A DNA stretch of 64,000 bases from an uncultured delta proteobacterium (GCA_963735595.1 CAVTLK010000002.1:704001-768000); one strand, 5' to 3'; counted from the first letter of the stretch, positions 34,287-45,454 are shown. Made by a program: numbers and translations. Notes: generated by a model from the letters alone, not told the origin.

Positions 34287-35051
34287 ATGGCTTCATTTAC
34301 TCATCATGATAGATTCTCAAAGAAAGCGGGAATCGTTCTGAAGGAGATCCTTGACCGTTTTCGTGTTAAGCGGTCGGATATAAGAGTTTTGGACTTGCCG
34401 GCGGGTGCAGGCTGGTTGAGCCTTAAGCTTCGTGAAGAGGGCTTTAGAGTTATCTCGGCTGATATTAACGGCGCAAAAGACGATTACGTTTTCGCTGACA
34501 TGAACGAAAAGCTCCCCTTTGCCGATGAACAATTCGACGCCGTCGTATCGATGGAGGGCATAGAGCATATCATGAATTACGAGGGCTTTATCGGCGAAAT
34601 ATCCAGGATTACACGAAAGGGGGGGACCGTTGTGCTCTCCACCCCGAATATCTCCTGTTTCTATTCCAGGCTCATGTTCGCGTGCACCGGAAATTTCTTC
34701 CAATTCTGGCCAACTTCGGCGCACCTTAACCTGAAGAATGAAAAGGTATTCGACTATGGCCACATCACCCCTCTCACCTGGCAAAAGATATACTTTCATT
34801 TCGCGCATCACCGGATGACGCTGATGGCCATTCGAGGAAATAAGGTTAAGCGCAAGATACTTCTCCCCCTTTACATTCCTTTCATGATCGTCGGTTTCCC
34901 GTGGACTTCATACCGCCTGGGCAAAGTGCGAAGCAGGGTTGCTTCAGACGTGTTGGAGCGTACGGATTTCTACGAAAACATACGGAAATTCTCTTTCTCG
35001 TTACCTACCATGTTTTCCCGGAACATTGTGATGGTGTTGGAGAAAAAGTGA
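34287..35051 (+). CDS. Class I SAM-dependent methyltransferase
   Basis: VLDLPAGAG, LPF....FD, EGIEH, STPN. Confidence 0.85.
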   Translation: MASFTHHDRFSKKAGIVLKEILDRFRVKRSDIRVLDLPAGAGWLSLKLREEGFRVISADINGAKDDYVFADMNEKLPFADEQFDAVVSMEGIEHIMNYEGFIGEISRITRKGGTVVLSTPNISCFYSRLMFACTGNFFQFWPTSAHLNLKNEKVFDYGHITPLTWQKIYFHFAHHRMTLMAIRGNKVKRKILLPLYIPFMIVGFPWTSYRLGKVRSRVASDVLERTDFYENIRKFSFSLPTMFSRNIVMVLEKK

Positions 35052-35185
35052 CCGACTATTTCTATTTCCGAAACGAACCGACCTTACGAGTTAGACCACG
35101 GCATCAGGTAGAGGCTCATTGGGCTTCATGATAGGCCTTACCGGCTTCGGGGTGATCCCCTCTACATATTCCTGAGCGTATCCTG

Positions 35186-35237
35186 TCCCCGCTGCAAACA
35201 TAATTAAGGACTCACGCAAAGGCGTGGATCCTTTTTT
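35186..35237 (+). repeat. att-like repeat R8
   Basis: TCCCCGCTGCAAACATAATTAAGGACTCACGCAAAGGCGTGGATCC-T6. Confidence 0.85.
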
Positions 35238-35326
35238 GTTGTGTCCCGTCGTATTTCCTAACTCTACTATTGCAGTTATAAAATATGTGATATACTTATA
35301 TAACAAATTATTAGTGAGGTAGAAGA

Positions 35327-35653
35327 ATGAAGAAACTATCTTTCATTTTTCTTGGAATGACGCTCTTGATCGTTCTTTGCACCGCGGGCGCGGCCCTGGC
35401 GGCGCCCCAGCAGGGATTGCTGGTGGACAAGTACGGTGATCCCGTTGAGGGATATTCCAACGTCTGGATTGTCGACGGCGTCGCGCAGCCTATTTATAAC
35501 CCCACAACCCACCTCTGGTATTCCGTGTTCATCCTCGGACCCGGCGAAAATGGGGTTATCCTCTGCACCGTGGGGGCCCCGCTGGGAGTCAAGGGCGACT
35601 ATAGGGGCGGGCATGAGAATGAGCCGGTTCTTAGACAGGTAGCAGTTGGGTAG
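35327..35653 (+). CDS. Small secreted hypothetical protein (paralog of 45016)
   Basis: Signal peptide; AAPQQG.LVD, SNVWI, YNPTTHLWYSVFI shared with the paralog. Confidence 0.75.
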   Translation: MKKLSFIFLGMTLLIVLCTAGAALAAPQQGLLVDKYGDPVEGYSNVWIVDGVAQPIYNPTTHLWYSVFILGPGENGVILCTVGAPLGVKGDYRGGHENEPVLRQVAVG

Positions 35654-36041
35654 AGTCGACAGTCCGTCGGCAAATAGTCGCTATCGTACTATAATCGCCG
35701 CTTTTACAGGCATAGACCTGCTATCGGGGCCGGGAGACCGGCCCCGATCTTTTCTAATACTATAAATAATAGCGATTTTCGTGATTTTGCTCTATATGAC
35801 CATACGATGGTATCTCCCAACTACGTGAGCAAAGTCACTGACTTCTATAGAATAATGCTATAATTGTATACATCATGGGTTCTATCAGAGAGGGATTAGC
35901 TCTCGACGGGAGATTCAGGGCTCACCTTGCGAGCTTAGTTGAGACACCTTGACGCGGGTCTTATATGTATGTTCAAGATTCGAATGACGATAAACATAGA
36001 TTCTCTGAGATCCTTTTATAGGTCATTAAGGAGGTATTGAT

Positions 36042-37187
36042 GTGAAGAACATCCTAAGAAAAAGATCTTTCGTCTTATCTGCTTTAATGTTAACGGCAAT
36101 TCTATGTCTCTTCCTTTCTCCCGCCTTTGCCGAGCCCGACATCTCCGGTCAATGGCAGAGCAACCTCGGCGTTGTCTATAGCATCGCCCAGATCGGCGAT
36201 AAATTCACGTGGCATATGCCGTCCACCAATCAGTCGGGCTTTGGGGACATAGACGGCACCAACGTAAGCGCCGTATGGCCGATAGGCTTCGCAACGGGGG
36301 TGATCACCGTTGACGCGGCCAACCGGGGTATCGCTATCAATTGGAGCAACGGGGTGATATTCACCCGGCCGGCCGCCCCGCCACCGGCTCCTCCGGCCCC
36401 GGCCTATACCTGGGAGCAGATCGGCTCGGCGGCCTCCGCGATCTACGCCGGCGGCAGCCGGCTGTTTGCCACCAATCCCTCCAGCGGCGACATCTACGAG
36501 TATAACGGCGCGCCCAACTCGTGGACGAAGGTTGGGGGCCCCGGCAATATGTTTGCCGTTGGCGGCAACGGGCAGCTCTACGGGCTTTCGCCGGACATGA
36601 GCGGGGTCTGGAAATATAACAATACGCCGATGAACTGGACCAAGATCGGGGGTCCCGCTTCAAAGATCTACGCCCGCGGTATGCGGCTGTTTGCCACGAA
36701 CCCCTCCAGCGGCGACATCTACGAGTATAACGGCACGCCCGATTCGTGGACGAAGGTTGGGGGACCCGGCAATATGTTTGCCGTTGGCGGCAACGGGCAG
36801 CTCTACGGGATCTCGCCGGATATGAGCGGGGTCTGGAAATATAACAATACGCCGATGAACTGGACCAAGATCGGCGGTCCCGCGTCGAAGATTTATGCCG
36901 GCGGAAACCAGCTCTTTGCCACCAATCCCTCCAGCGGCGATATCTACCGGTATAACGGTACGCCCGATTCATGGACGAAGGTAGGAGGTCCCGGGTACTT
37001 CTTCACGGTTGGCGGCAACGGGCAGCTCTACGGCATCTCGCCGGATATGAGCGGGGTCTGGAAATACAGCGGAACGCCCATGATCTGGTCAATCATCGGC
37101 GAAAACGCTCACTCCATCGCCGCAGCCGGAAATAACCTCTTCGGTATTCAATCGGGGACCCTTACCGTCTGGCGTTACATACCGTAG
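36042..37187 (+). CDS. Secreted tectonin-like beta-propeller protein with three 75-aa repeats
   Basis: Signal peptide, Pro linker, WTK.GG repeats with 225-bp period. Confidence 0.75.
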   Translation: MKNILRKRSFVLSALMLTAILCLFLSPAFAEPDISGQWQSNLGVVYSIAQIGDKFTWHMPSTNQSGFGDIDGTNVSAVWPIGFATGVITVDAANRGIAINWSNGVIFTRPAAPPPAPPAPAYTWEQIGSAASAIYAGGSRLFATNPSSGDIYEYNGAPNSWTKVGGPGNMFAVGGNGQLYGLSPDMSGVWKYNNTPMNWTKIGGPASKIYARGMRLFATNPSSGDIYEYNGTPDSWTKVGGPGNMFAVGGNGQLYGISPDMSGVWKYNNTPMNWTKIGGPASKIYAGGNQLFATNPSSGDIYRYNGTPDSWTKVGGPGYFFTVGGNGQLYGISPDMSGVWKYSGTPMIWSIIGENAHSIAAAGNNLFGIQSGTLTVWRYIP

Positions 37188-37246
37188 GGTGTCAAGACCC
37201 CGGCAGGGTATCTTTTCGAATGATGAAGCGGAGTGACGTATCCTCT

Positions 37247-37298
37247 GCCCGCTGCTAACGTAATCAAGGACTCACGCAGATGCGTGAGTCCTTTTTTT
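37247..37298 (+). repeat. att-like repeat R9
   Basis: GCCCGCTGCTAACGTAATCAAGGACTCACGCAGATGCGTGAGTCC-T7. Confidence 0.82.
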
Positions 37299-37441
37299 GC
37301 GGCCTATAGGGGTAGATGGGATAACGTGACAGAAAAGAGTGTCGGCAGCGACGCGGAGACTCGGAGTTCGAATAACCGTTTACAAAGCAGAGAAAGGATA
37401 TTACACTACTGATTGCAGCAAGCTATTCAAAGTGAAACTCA

Positions 37442-38692
37442 ATGAGAGGGCAGGTAATGACAGACCGCAAGAAGAAGACTAAACGTTTCTGGCCCATCTT
37501 TGGTAAAGCTATTCTTGTATTTTTTATCGTGCTGGCGGCTCTTGGTTTCTTCTACCGGAAAGAGCTGGGGCGGCTCTACCGCGTGGTCACCTTGTTTGAG
37601 CCCAACGTCATCGTGGACAACTTCAGGAACATGGACACCATGTTCGGCTCCTATCGAACGGTTCACCGGGGAGAAACCGTACTCGAGCTTAAGGAGGGAA
37701 AAAGGGCGCTCCCCGAGACTTACGTCTACGGGGGAGAAGTAAAGAAGACCGCCGAATTCATCGACGAGACGTGGACGACGGGGCTTATCGTGCTCAAGGG
37801 TGATACCGTCGCGTTTGAGGAATATTACCGCGGCAACGACAGGGATTCGAAGGCGATATCCTGGTCGGTGGCCAAATCCTTCGTGTCGGCCCTGATAGGG
37901 ATCGCGGTGGAAGAGGGGTATATCAAGGACATCGAGGACCCCGTAACCGCATACGTGCCGCAGCTTACGGGAACGGGGTATGACAACGTTGCCATCAAGG
38001 ACGTATTGGAGATGTCATCGGGAGTCCGCTTCGACGAGACGTACGCCGATTTTTTCTCCGACATCAACCGCATGGGGAGGGTCATCGCGCTCAATAAGTC
38101 CCTCGATTCGTTCGTCGCCTCGCTGGAAAACGAGCGGGAGCCGGGCACCTTTAACCATTATGTGAGCATGGATACGCAGGCGCTGGGGATGGTGCTCAGG
38201 GAGGCCACGGGCAGGGACATTTCGTCCTACCTCGAAGAAAAAATCTGGAAAAAGACGGGGATGGAGTCGGACGCGTACTGGATCACCGACGGCGACGGTA
38301 TGGAGCTGGCCTTCGGGGGGCTCAACGTCGTGTTGAGGGACTACGCCCGATTCGGCCTTCTCTATCTCAACGGGGGAAAGATGATGGGTCAGCAGATAGT
38401 CCCGGCGGACTGGGTCCGGGCATCCGTCAACCCCAGTGAACCGCACCTCCTGCCGGGCAAACGGGACTCCTCGGACTGGGTATTAGGATACGGCTATCAG
38501 TGGTGGATTCCGGAAAACCCCGAGGGAGATTTTCTGGCCATCGGCATCTACAACCAGTTTATCTACGTTAGTCCGAAATATGATGTAGTAATCGCCAAGA
38601 CTTCGGCGTATGCCGACTATGACCTGGACGGCGAGGCAAAGGAACTGGAGACCATCGCCTTCTTTCGCGCCATAGCGCAGTCCTTGCAGTAG
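37442..38692 (+). CDS. Serine hydrolase, beta-lactamase/6-aminohexanoate-dimer hydrolase family
   Basis: SWSVAKS (SxxK), Y.S, YGYQWW; N-terminal membrane anchor. Confidence 0.88.
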   Translation: MRGQVMTDRKKKTKRFWPIFGKAILVFFIVLAALGFFYRKELGRLYRVVTLFEPNVIVDNFRNMDTMFGSYRTVHRGETVLELKEGKRALPETYVYGGEVKKTAEFIDETWTTGLIVLKGDTVAFEEYYRGNDRDSKAISWSVAKSFVSALIGIAVEEGYIKDIEDPVTAYVPQLTGTGYDNVAIKDVLEMSSGVRFDETYADFFSDINRMGRVIALNKSLDSFVASLENEREPGTFNHYVSMDTQALGMVLREATGRDISSYLEEKIWKKTGMESDAYWITDGDGMELAFGGLNVVLRDYARFGLLYLNGGKMMGQQIVPADWVRASVNPSEPHLLPGKRDSSDWVLGYGYQWWIPENPEGDFLAIGIYNQFIYVSPKYDVVIAKTSAYADYDLDGEAKELETIAFFRAIAQSLQ

Positions 38693-38715
38693 ATATCTTC
38701 TTCTTAATAACGTTA

Positions 38716-38752
38716 TAGTCAAGGACTCGCGCGAAGGCGTGAGTCCTTTTTT
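38716..38752 (+). repeat. att-like repeat R10 (hairpin part only)
   Basis: TAGTCAAGGACTCGCGCGAAGGCGTGAGTCC-T6; tRNA core lost. Confidence 0.75.
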
Positions 38753-38862
38753 GTCCGGCGCGGCGCTATGCATGGTCCGGGCCGCGGGGTTCTTGTCCCT
38801 TGACAGGCGAGAATGCTTCGTGTATTAGTGGGCGTAGGTATAACAGCTGGTGGAGGGCAGCC

Positions 38863-40431
38863 ATGGCAGAAAAGGCAGACAAGGGGATAACGAGAAGGAA
38901 GGTACTGGGAGCGGGGCTGATGCTTGGCGCCGCGACAATCGGCTACGCGAACATGCGCCGGCTCCCATCGATCCTTGACGGCATAGGACTTGACGGAGCC
39001 CGTGCGGCTGATACGCCAAAAACGATACCGGTAGCAAAGGCGCCCGGTTTCAGCGGCGAGAGGCCGAACATCGTGCTGATTCTCTGCGACGACATGGGGT
39101 ACGGCGACCCCGCCTGCTACGGCGACAGGGTCCTCAGGACCCCGAACATCGACTCGCTGGCGCGGGACGGCATCCGGTTTACCGACTCATACGCGTCCGC
39201 CTCGCTCTGCACGCCGTCGCGAATCGGGCTTTTGACCGGGAGATACGCCATCAGGACGGGACTCACGTTTCCGCTTGAGCCGGGTGGGGCCCCGTTCATG
39301 AAATCGCTCCTCGCAAAGGTGGGACGGGCGTTCGGCAGGTTCGGGGCGCTGGACCTCTCGCTGCCGAGCTCGGTCGACGGCATCCCCGGGGAGGAGATCA
39401 CGATCGCCGATGCGCTGAAGGTCGCCGGCTACCGGACGGGTATGATCGGCAAGTGGCACCTCGGCGACTTTTCCGTCGACCCGCAGTATCACCCCAGGAG
39501 GCACGGATTCGACGAGTTCTTCGGCACGCCCATGACCAACGACGAGCTGCCCAACCCGCTCTACCGGAACGAGACGATGCTGGAGGAGGACATCGGCCTG
39601 AACCAGGCGAGGCTTTCCGGCCTTTCCACGAAAGAGGCGATTGACTTCATCACCGGGTCAAAGGATAACGAGCCCTTCTTCCTCTACATGGCCTACCACG
39701 CGCCGCACCTGCCCCTCTACGCGACTGACGAGTTCAAGGATAAATCAAAAGGCGGCATTTACGGCGACGTCATAGAGGAGCTCGATGCCAATATCGGCAA
39801 GATCCTGGATTGTCTCAGGGAAAACGGCCTCCAGGATAACACCGTGGTGATATTCACCAGCGACAACGGCCCCTGGTACAACGGAAACCCGGGCGACGAG
39901 TTCAGGGGGAGGAAGGGACAGAGCTACGAGGGCGGGTTCAGGGTTCCGCTCATCGTCAGGTGGCCGGGGCACGTCACGGCCGGGACAGTATGCACCGAGC
40001 CCACAATGAATATCGACCATTTTCCGACCCTCCTCGCATTGGCAGGCCTTGAGCTTCCCGCCGACAGGATCATCGACGGCAAGAGCATCGCCGGGTTGCT
40101 CTCCGGCCGCGAGGCCGGGTCTCCCCATGACGCACTCTTCTTCTATCACCACGAGCAGCTGGAAGGGATACGCGCCGGGGAGTGGAAATACTTCAGAAAT
40201 ATAAACCACTACACGTGGCCGATCCCCATGGACAAGCCGACGACGTTCCTCGGCAAGGCCTCGGGAGGAGAATTCCTCGGGCAATGGCCGAACCTTTATA
40301 ACCTCGATACCGACGAAGGGGAGAACTACGACCTCGCGTCCCGATACCCCGAGGTCTGTAAGAAACTCGATCAGGTAATGGCCGACTGGGAGAAGGAGAT
40401 CGAGAGTAACCCCGGGGGATGGATTAAGTAA
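38863..40431 (+). CDS. Tat-exported Cys-type arylsulfatase
   Basis: TRRKVL twin-Arg signal, DDMGYGD, CTPSR..LLTGR, GKWHLG. Confidence 0.92.
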   Translation: MAEKADKGITRRKVLGAGLMLGAATIGYANMRRLPSILDGIGLDGARAADTPKTIPVAKAPGFSGERPNIVLILCDDMGYGDPACYGDRVLRTPNIDSLARDGIRFTDSYASASLCTPSRIGLLTGRYAIRTGLTFPLEPGGAPFMKSLLAKVGRAFGRFGALDLSLPSSVDGIPGEEITIADALKVAGYRTGMIGKWHLGDFSVDPQYHPRRHGFDEFFGTPMTNDELPNPLYRNETMLEEDIGLNQARLSGLSTKEAIDFITGSKDNEPFFLYMAYHAPHLPLYATDEFKDKSKGGIYGDVIEELDANIGKILDCLRENGLQDNTVVIFTSDNGPWYNGNPGDEFRGRKGQSYEGGFRVPLIVRWPGHVTAGTVCTEPTMNIDHFPTLLALAGLELPADRIIDGKSIAGLLSGREAGSPHDALFFYHHEQLEGIRAGEWKYFRNINHYTWPIPMDKPTTFLGKASGGEFLGQWPNLYNLDTDEGENYDLASRYPEVCKKLDQVMADWEKEIESNPGGWIK

Positions 40432-40436
40432 CACGC

Positions 40437-41576
40437 ATGGCGGATCAACGGCCCCTGAGAGATATCCTGGCAAAACCGGCAGGGCCCGACTGCAACATGG
40501 CCTGCACCTACTGTTTCTACAGCGGCAGGTGCGCCCTCTTCGGCGGGGCCCCGACGCACCGTATGAGCGCCGCCGTGCTCGAGGAAATGATACGGCAGGT
40601 AATGTCGCAATCGGGCCCTGAGGTATCGATCGGATGGCAGGGTGGAGAGCCCACCCTGATGGGACGCGAGTTTTTCGAAAAGGCGGTCAGGCTCGAAACG
40701 CGTTTCGGCCGCGGAAAGGTTGTCGGCAACGGCCTCCAGACCAACGGGATACTCGTCGACAGGGCATGGGCGCGGTTCTTCAAGGAATTCAGCTTCCTGA
40801 TCGGGCTTTCTATCGACGGGCCGGAGCATATCCATGACCACTACCGCCGTACGAAGCGCGGACGCGGCTCATGGGCGCGGGTGACCGACAGCGCGAAACT
40901 CATGCTCGACGAGGGTGTATCGGTGAACGCGCTGACGGTCGTCAACGACTATTCGGTCCGTTTCCCCGAGGAGATCTACGAGTCTCACAAGGGGCTCGGC
41001 CTTAGCTACATGCAGTTTATTCCCTGCGTGGAGATTGATCCCGAACGTCCCGGCGCGGTCGCCCCGTTTTCCGTTTCGCCGGAAGCGTACGGGGCGTTTC
41101 TCTGCGCCGTCTTCGACCTCTGGCGGGCTGATTTCGTCGACGGGCTCCCGACCACGTCGATCAGGTTCTTCGAGTCGCTCCTGTTTGCCTACGCCGGGTT
41201 CCCGGCCCCCGAATGCACGCTTGACCGGGAGTGCGGACCATACGTCGTGGTGGAGCACAACGGCGACGTCTACTCGTGCGATTTCTTCGTAGAGCCGCGC
41301 TGGAAGCTCGGCAACATCATGGACGGAAACCTCACCGAGATGCTCAATTCGCCCGCCCAGCGCGAATTCGGCAGGCGGAAATCGGACCTCCCGCCTCCAT
41401 GTACGGCGTGTACATGGATGGCGCTTTGCCGGGGCGGGTGCACAAAGGACCGCGTCCACAACCCGGGAGACCCAAAGGTCAACTACCTCTGCGGGGCGTT
41501 CAGGCGTTTCTTTGAACACGCCGACGGCGATATGCGGCTCTTGGTATCCGAGTGGCGAAAGAGACGGGGGGAGTAA
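40437..41576 (+). CDS. Anaerobic sulfatase maturase (radical SAM/SPASM)
   Basis: KPAGPDCNMACTYCFY, WQGGEPTL, YSCDFFV, CRGGC; adjacent to sulfatase. Confidence 0.93.
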   Translation: MADQRPLRDILAKPAGPDCNMACTYCFYSGRCALFGGAPTHRMSAAVLEEMIRQVMSQSGPEVSIGWQGGEPTLMGREFFEKAVRLETRFGRGKVVGNGLQTNGILVDRAWARFFKEFSFLIGLSIDGPEHIHDHYRRTKRGRGSWARVTDSAKLMLDEGVSVNALTVVNDYSVRFPEEIYESHKGLGLSYMQFIPCVEIDPERPGAVAPFSVSPEAYGAFLCAVFDLWRADFVDGLPTTSIRFFESLLFAYAGFPAPECTLDRECGPYVVVEHNGDVYSCDFFVEPRWKLGNIMDGNLTEMLNSPAQREFGRRKSDLPPPCTACTWMALCRGGCTKDRVHNPGDPKVNYLCGAFRRFFEHADGDMRLLVSEWRKRRGE

Positions 41577-41644
41577 GGCTCGGTATAGCCGGGGTACGGG
41601 GTGCCCAATTGGATTAAAAGGTAATCGAAGAGAGTTGAGTTCGC

Positions 41645-42121
41645 ATGAAAAATAGAACAGGTCAATGTATATTCTGGACGCCGAGGATCCTATCGATACT
41701 ATTTCTTTTTTTCCTGGCGATGTTCTCTCTGGACGTCCTTGACATGCGCCTGGGTTTCTGGGAAACGGCCGCAGGCGTGTTGGTCCACAACATCCCCACA
41801 CTTTTCCTACTGGCCGCCCTGATTGTATCGTGGAAGCACGAGATCGTCGGCGGAGTAGCCTTTACACTGGCGGGGATGGTATACATTGTCTGGCTGCTGA
41901 AGACGATACTCGGAGATACCCCCCACCAATGGGATATCCTCTCCTGGTCCTTCACAATATCCGGGCCGGCGTTCCTGATCGGGACCCTGTTTCTCGTCGG
42001 CTGGTACAGGAAGAAAAGGAGCCCAGGCCGAAACGGCCGTAACAGTACTACGGCTCGGCGCCGGAAGCCTCGAAGTAAACGAAGGGCCGCCTACTTGAAC
42101 AGCTTCATCACCCACCGGTAG
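41645..42121 (+). CDS. Hypothetical membrane protein
   Basis: Four hydrophobic segments, W.PRIL, HNIP. Confidence 0.6.
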   Translation: MKNRTGQCIFWTPRILSILFLFFLAMFSLDVLDMRLGFWETAAGVLVHNIPTLFLLAALIVSWKHEIVGGVAFTLAGMVYIVWLLKTILGDTPHQWDILSWSFTISGPAFLIGTLFLVGWYRKKRSPGRNGRNSTTARRRKPRSKRRAAYLNSFITHR

Positions 42122-43478
42122 AAGCCGAGCGGCATACGGTACGGGAGATACCGGAGCGTCAGGTCAAACAGGAAGGTCTGCTTCAAGACGCTCTTATAAT
42201 GCGTAAAGGTATCGAACGACGCCTTTCCGTGGTAGCTTCCCATACCGCTGGCGCCGTTCCCCCCAAACGGGAGGTACGGAGACGTAATCTGGATGATGGT
42301 ATCGTTGATGCCCACCCCGCCGGACAACGTCTCCCGGAGCACCCGATCCTGTTTCCCCTTATCCCGCGAAAAGAAGTAGAGAGCAAGGGGCCGCGGATCG
42401 GGCGTTGACGAAGGCGACAGCCTCCGAGAGGTCGTTGTATTCGATGACCGGCAGGATCGGCCCGAAGATTTCTTCCTGCATGACCGGGTCTCCCGGTGAG
42501 ACGGTATCGATGACCGTCGGTGAGATATATCGTCCGGCCTTGTCTTTCGCGCCGCCGGAAATGATACGCCCCCGGGAGAGGAGCCGCGCGAGGCGGTCGA
42601 AATGCCGGTCGCTGACGATTCGGGCGTAGTCGGGGCTCGCGGCGGGATCGGGCCCATAGAACCGGGCGATCGTATCGGTGATTTGGGTGAGGAGGCGGTC
42701 CTTGATCGCACGGTTGACCAGCAGGTAGTCCGGGGCAATGCAGGTCTGCCCGGCGTTGAAAAACTTCCCCCAGACGATACGGCGGGCCGTCTGGGTGATA
42801 TCGACGTCATCCTCGACGATACAGGGGCTCTTGCCCCCCAGCTCAAGGGTTACCGGGGTAGGGCCTTCGGCCGCGGCCTTCATGACGAGCCTCCCGACCC
42901 TCGTAGAGCCGGTATAGAAGATATAGTCAAACCGTTGTTTCAACAGGCTCCCGGCCACCTCCGGCCCTCCCTCGACGCAGGCAACGTAGGCGGGATCAAA
43001 CGTATCGGCGATAAGCCGCGCCAGGACGTGCGAGGTGTTCAGCGAGATCTCGGAGGGTTTGAGGACGGCGGTGTTTCCCGCCGCGATCGCCCCCACCAGC
43101 GGGGACAACAGGAGCTGGACCGGGTAATTCCACGGAGCGATGATAAGGGTCGCGCCGTACGGCTCGGGATAGATGAAGCTCCTCGTGTATTTATGGATCG
43201 GGGGGTTCTTCACCCGCCGGGGGCGGGCCCATTTCCCGAGGCGCCGCATGACGAACGCGATGTCGGCGAGGACGATGCCGAGCTCGGAGGTGTAGGCCTC
43301 CACCGGCGGCTTCCGGAGATCGGCGTCAAGGGCCTCCAGGATCTCGCGTTCGCGGGATATCAGACGCGGCCTTCAGGAGGTTGAGCTGTTTGAGGCGAAA
43401 TGAAACGTCCCTGGTTGCCCCGGTGGAAAAATAGTCCTTCTGCCGCTTGACCAGATCTGCGATTCGTGGCGGTTTCAT
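42091..43478 (-). CDS. Aldehyde dehydrogenase (ALDH3-like), two apparent frameshifts (~43365, ~42397)
   Basis: PWNYP, KPSE, FYTGS, LELGGKSP, NAGQTC, EEIFGP, PFGG spread over three frames. Confidence 0.85.
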
Positions 43479-43769
43479 TGCTATCCCCCGTATGTGAAGA
43501 CCCATACGCCCGGCGGATATCGCTGCCGCCGTCCACCAGCCGGGACCGCGGCGTTATGCCGGGCTATCCATACCGTATAGTATAATTATACCACGAGATT
43601 CACCGTCCAATCTGAACCGATGTGATAAATTTATCGGGAATAATCGCGTGAAACGAGGGCTTCCTTTGCGGCCGTAACGCGGCCGTGGGGAGGCGGCCCG
43701 ATGGGATGGGTAAAATAGGAGGGGCGGCCGCGGCCGCCCCCCCTGATTTCGTGCTATAAGTGGTATTCC

Positions 43770-44666
43770 TTACTTCATACTCATCGGGATCAACACCGGC
43801 ACCGGTACGGGGGCGGGGACCGCCGCGGGCACAACGGGCACGGCGCACAGGTCAAACATGTATCCTACGCTAAAGCTTCCGCCCCAGCGCTTGACCATCT
43901 GGGCTTCGAGGTTAAAGTAGAGCCGGTCATTTGCCATGTAGTCCAGCCCGACAACTACGCCGACAGGTTTTTCAGATTCCATCCTGAAGTCGTTCACGGA
44001 ATTAGCATCGCCAAGCTTATAGGCATAGAGGTATTCCTGCTCATAGCGGTATTCAACGCCCAGATAGGGGGTCAGACCGGTATCCCCGATATGCCATCCC
44101 GCATGGAGGTCGGCGGTAACCGCGTAGTCGGTATCCCGGTACTTAACCGGGGCGTCAACGTACGGGCCTCCGTTCGTGCTCGTCCTGAAGTTCACGTGAT
44201 TGTCGGTGACCGCAAACGTAAACGAGAGCCCACCGCCGAAATAGAACCCGTTCGGCGCCCGGTAGAAGGTCCCCTTTACCCCGGCACCGCAGATGAACCC
44301 CGAGCCGAGGTCAAAGACGTTTTCCTGAGGGAGTCTTCCCGTGGTTCCGATAATCATTGAAGATGACCCTGTTTTTTCGGCGCCGAGGCGGGCGCCCAGG
44401 AACGTATAGACGTCGATGTTGTCGGTCAGCCCGTATGTCACGTGGAGGGTCACGTCGTGCTCCTTAAGCCGCCAATTGTCGTCATACGAGGGCAGGAGGA
44501 TTGAAGATTCCGGATTAAGCGTAACCCTCATGGGGGTCTCGTAATACGAATACCGGAGCTCCGGCAGGAGCCTACAGGCCCCGATCGTGTCGCTCCCTTC
44601 ACCGGCGAACGCCGATACAGTTAAGACCAGCATAAACACGGAGATAAGAAGGAGTTTCTTCATCAT
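43770..44666 (-). CDS. Outer-membrane beta-barrel protein (paralog of 31915)
   Basis: Shares AFAGEGSDT, TADLHAGWHIGDTGLTPY, NDRLY.N.E, GYMFDLCA and a Pro-rich tail. Confidence 0.7.
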   Translation of the reverse strand: MMKKLLLISVFMLVLTVSAFAGEGSDTIGACRLLPELRYSYYETPMRVTLNPESSILLPSYDDNWRLKEHDVTLHVTYGLTDNIDVYTFLGARLGAEKTGSSSMIIGTTGRLPQENVFDLGSGFICGAGVKGTFYRAPNGFYFGGGLSFTFAVTDNHVNFRTSTNGGPYVDAPVKYRDTDYAVTADLHAGWHIGDTGLTPYLGVEYRYEQEYLYAYKLGDANSVNDFRMESEKPVGVVVGLDYMANDRLYFNLEAQMVKRWGGSFSVGYMFDLCAVPVVPAAVPAPVPVPVLIPMSMK

Positions 44667-45015
44667 TCTTTTACCTCGTCATAGATGTTCATGCCATTAT
44701 GGCACCATAACGCAACGCGTAGCCTTCCCACCGCCCCGGGCCGCGGCCAGGCTATCGTTGTTGCCTCCGGATAACTGGGAAAGTCGGCCTGGGTGCCAGC
44801 CGCGCTTCATTGAGGTGTTGACGTAAACGTCCCTCGGAGATAGGGAGAATTATATTAGAATGCACTAATAATAATTGTATCTATGACGGTCTGTCAAGTA
44901 AAATCGTTAATTATTGAAGAACGTAATGATAGAATCCTTAACAATATCTTACAAGGGTATTGAAATTTCGCATGATGCGGTATATACTGGAGCAAACAAC
45001 TGAAGAGGTCGAACG

Positions 45016-45360
45016 ATGAAAAAGACGCTTTTTATCTTCCCGGTATTGTTGCTCGCAGTCGCCCTGTTCGGCGCGGGTGCGGCCCTGGCGGCTCCCCAGC
45101 AGGGGGTGCTGGTGGACGAAAACGGTACTCCCCTCGAGGGCTTTTCCAACGTCTGGATTGAGAACGGCATTGCCTATCCCGTCTATAATCCCACGACACA
45201 CCTGTGGTACAGCGTGTTCATCATCGGGACAGGCGAAGACGGCGTCGTCCGATGCACGATCGGCGAGCCGCTGGGCGCGAGCGGCGACTTTGACGAGGGG
45301 GACGACCAGGGACCGGACCAGCAGCTGTTGCATGATGACGACGCTACTTCACTACAGTAA
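45016..45360 (+). CDS. Small secreted hypothetical protein (paralog of 35327)
   Basis: Signal peptide plus the shared core; acidic tail. Confidence 0.75.
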   Translation: MKKTLFIFPVLLLAVALFGAGAALAAPQQGVLVDENGTPLEGFSNVWIENGIAYPVYNPTTHLWYSVFIIGTGEDGVVRCTIGEPLGASGDFDEGDDQGPDQQLLHDDDATSLQ

Positions 45361-45454
45361 CGGTGAACCGTTAGTTGTACGGGATAATGAAATCCCGGAC
45401 TGAGTCGTCGGCACATTTTTCGGCGGGGCCGGCATATTACCGATGCCTGGCGAC

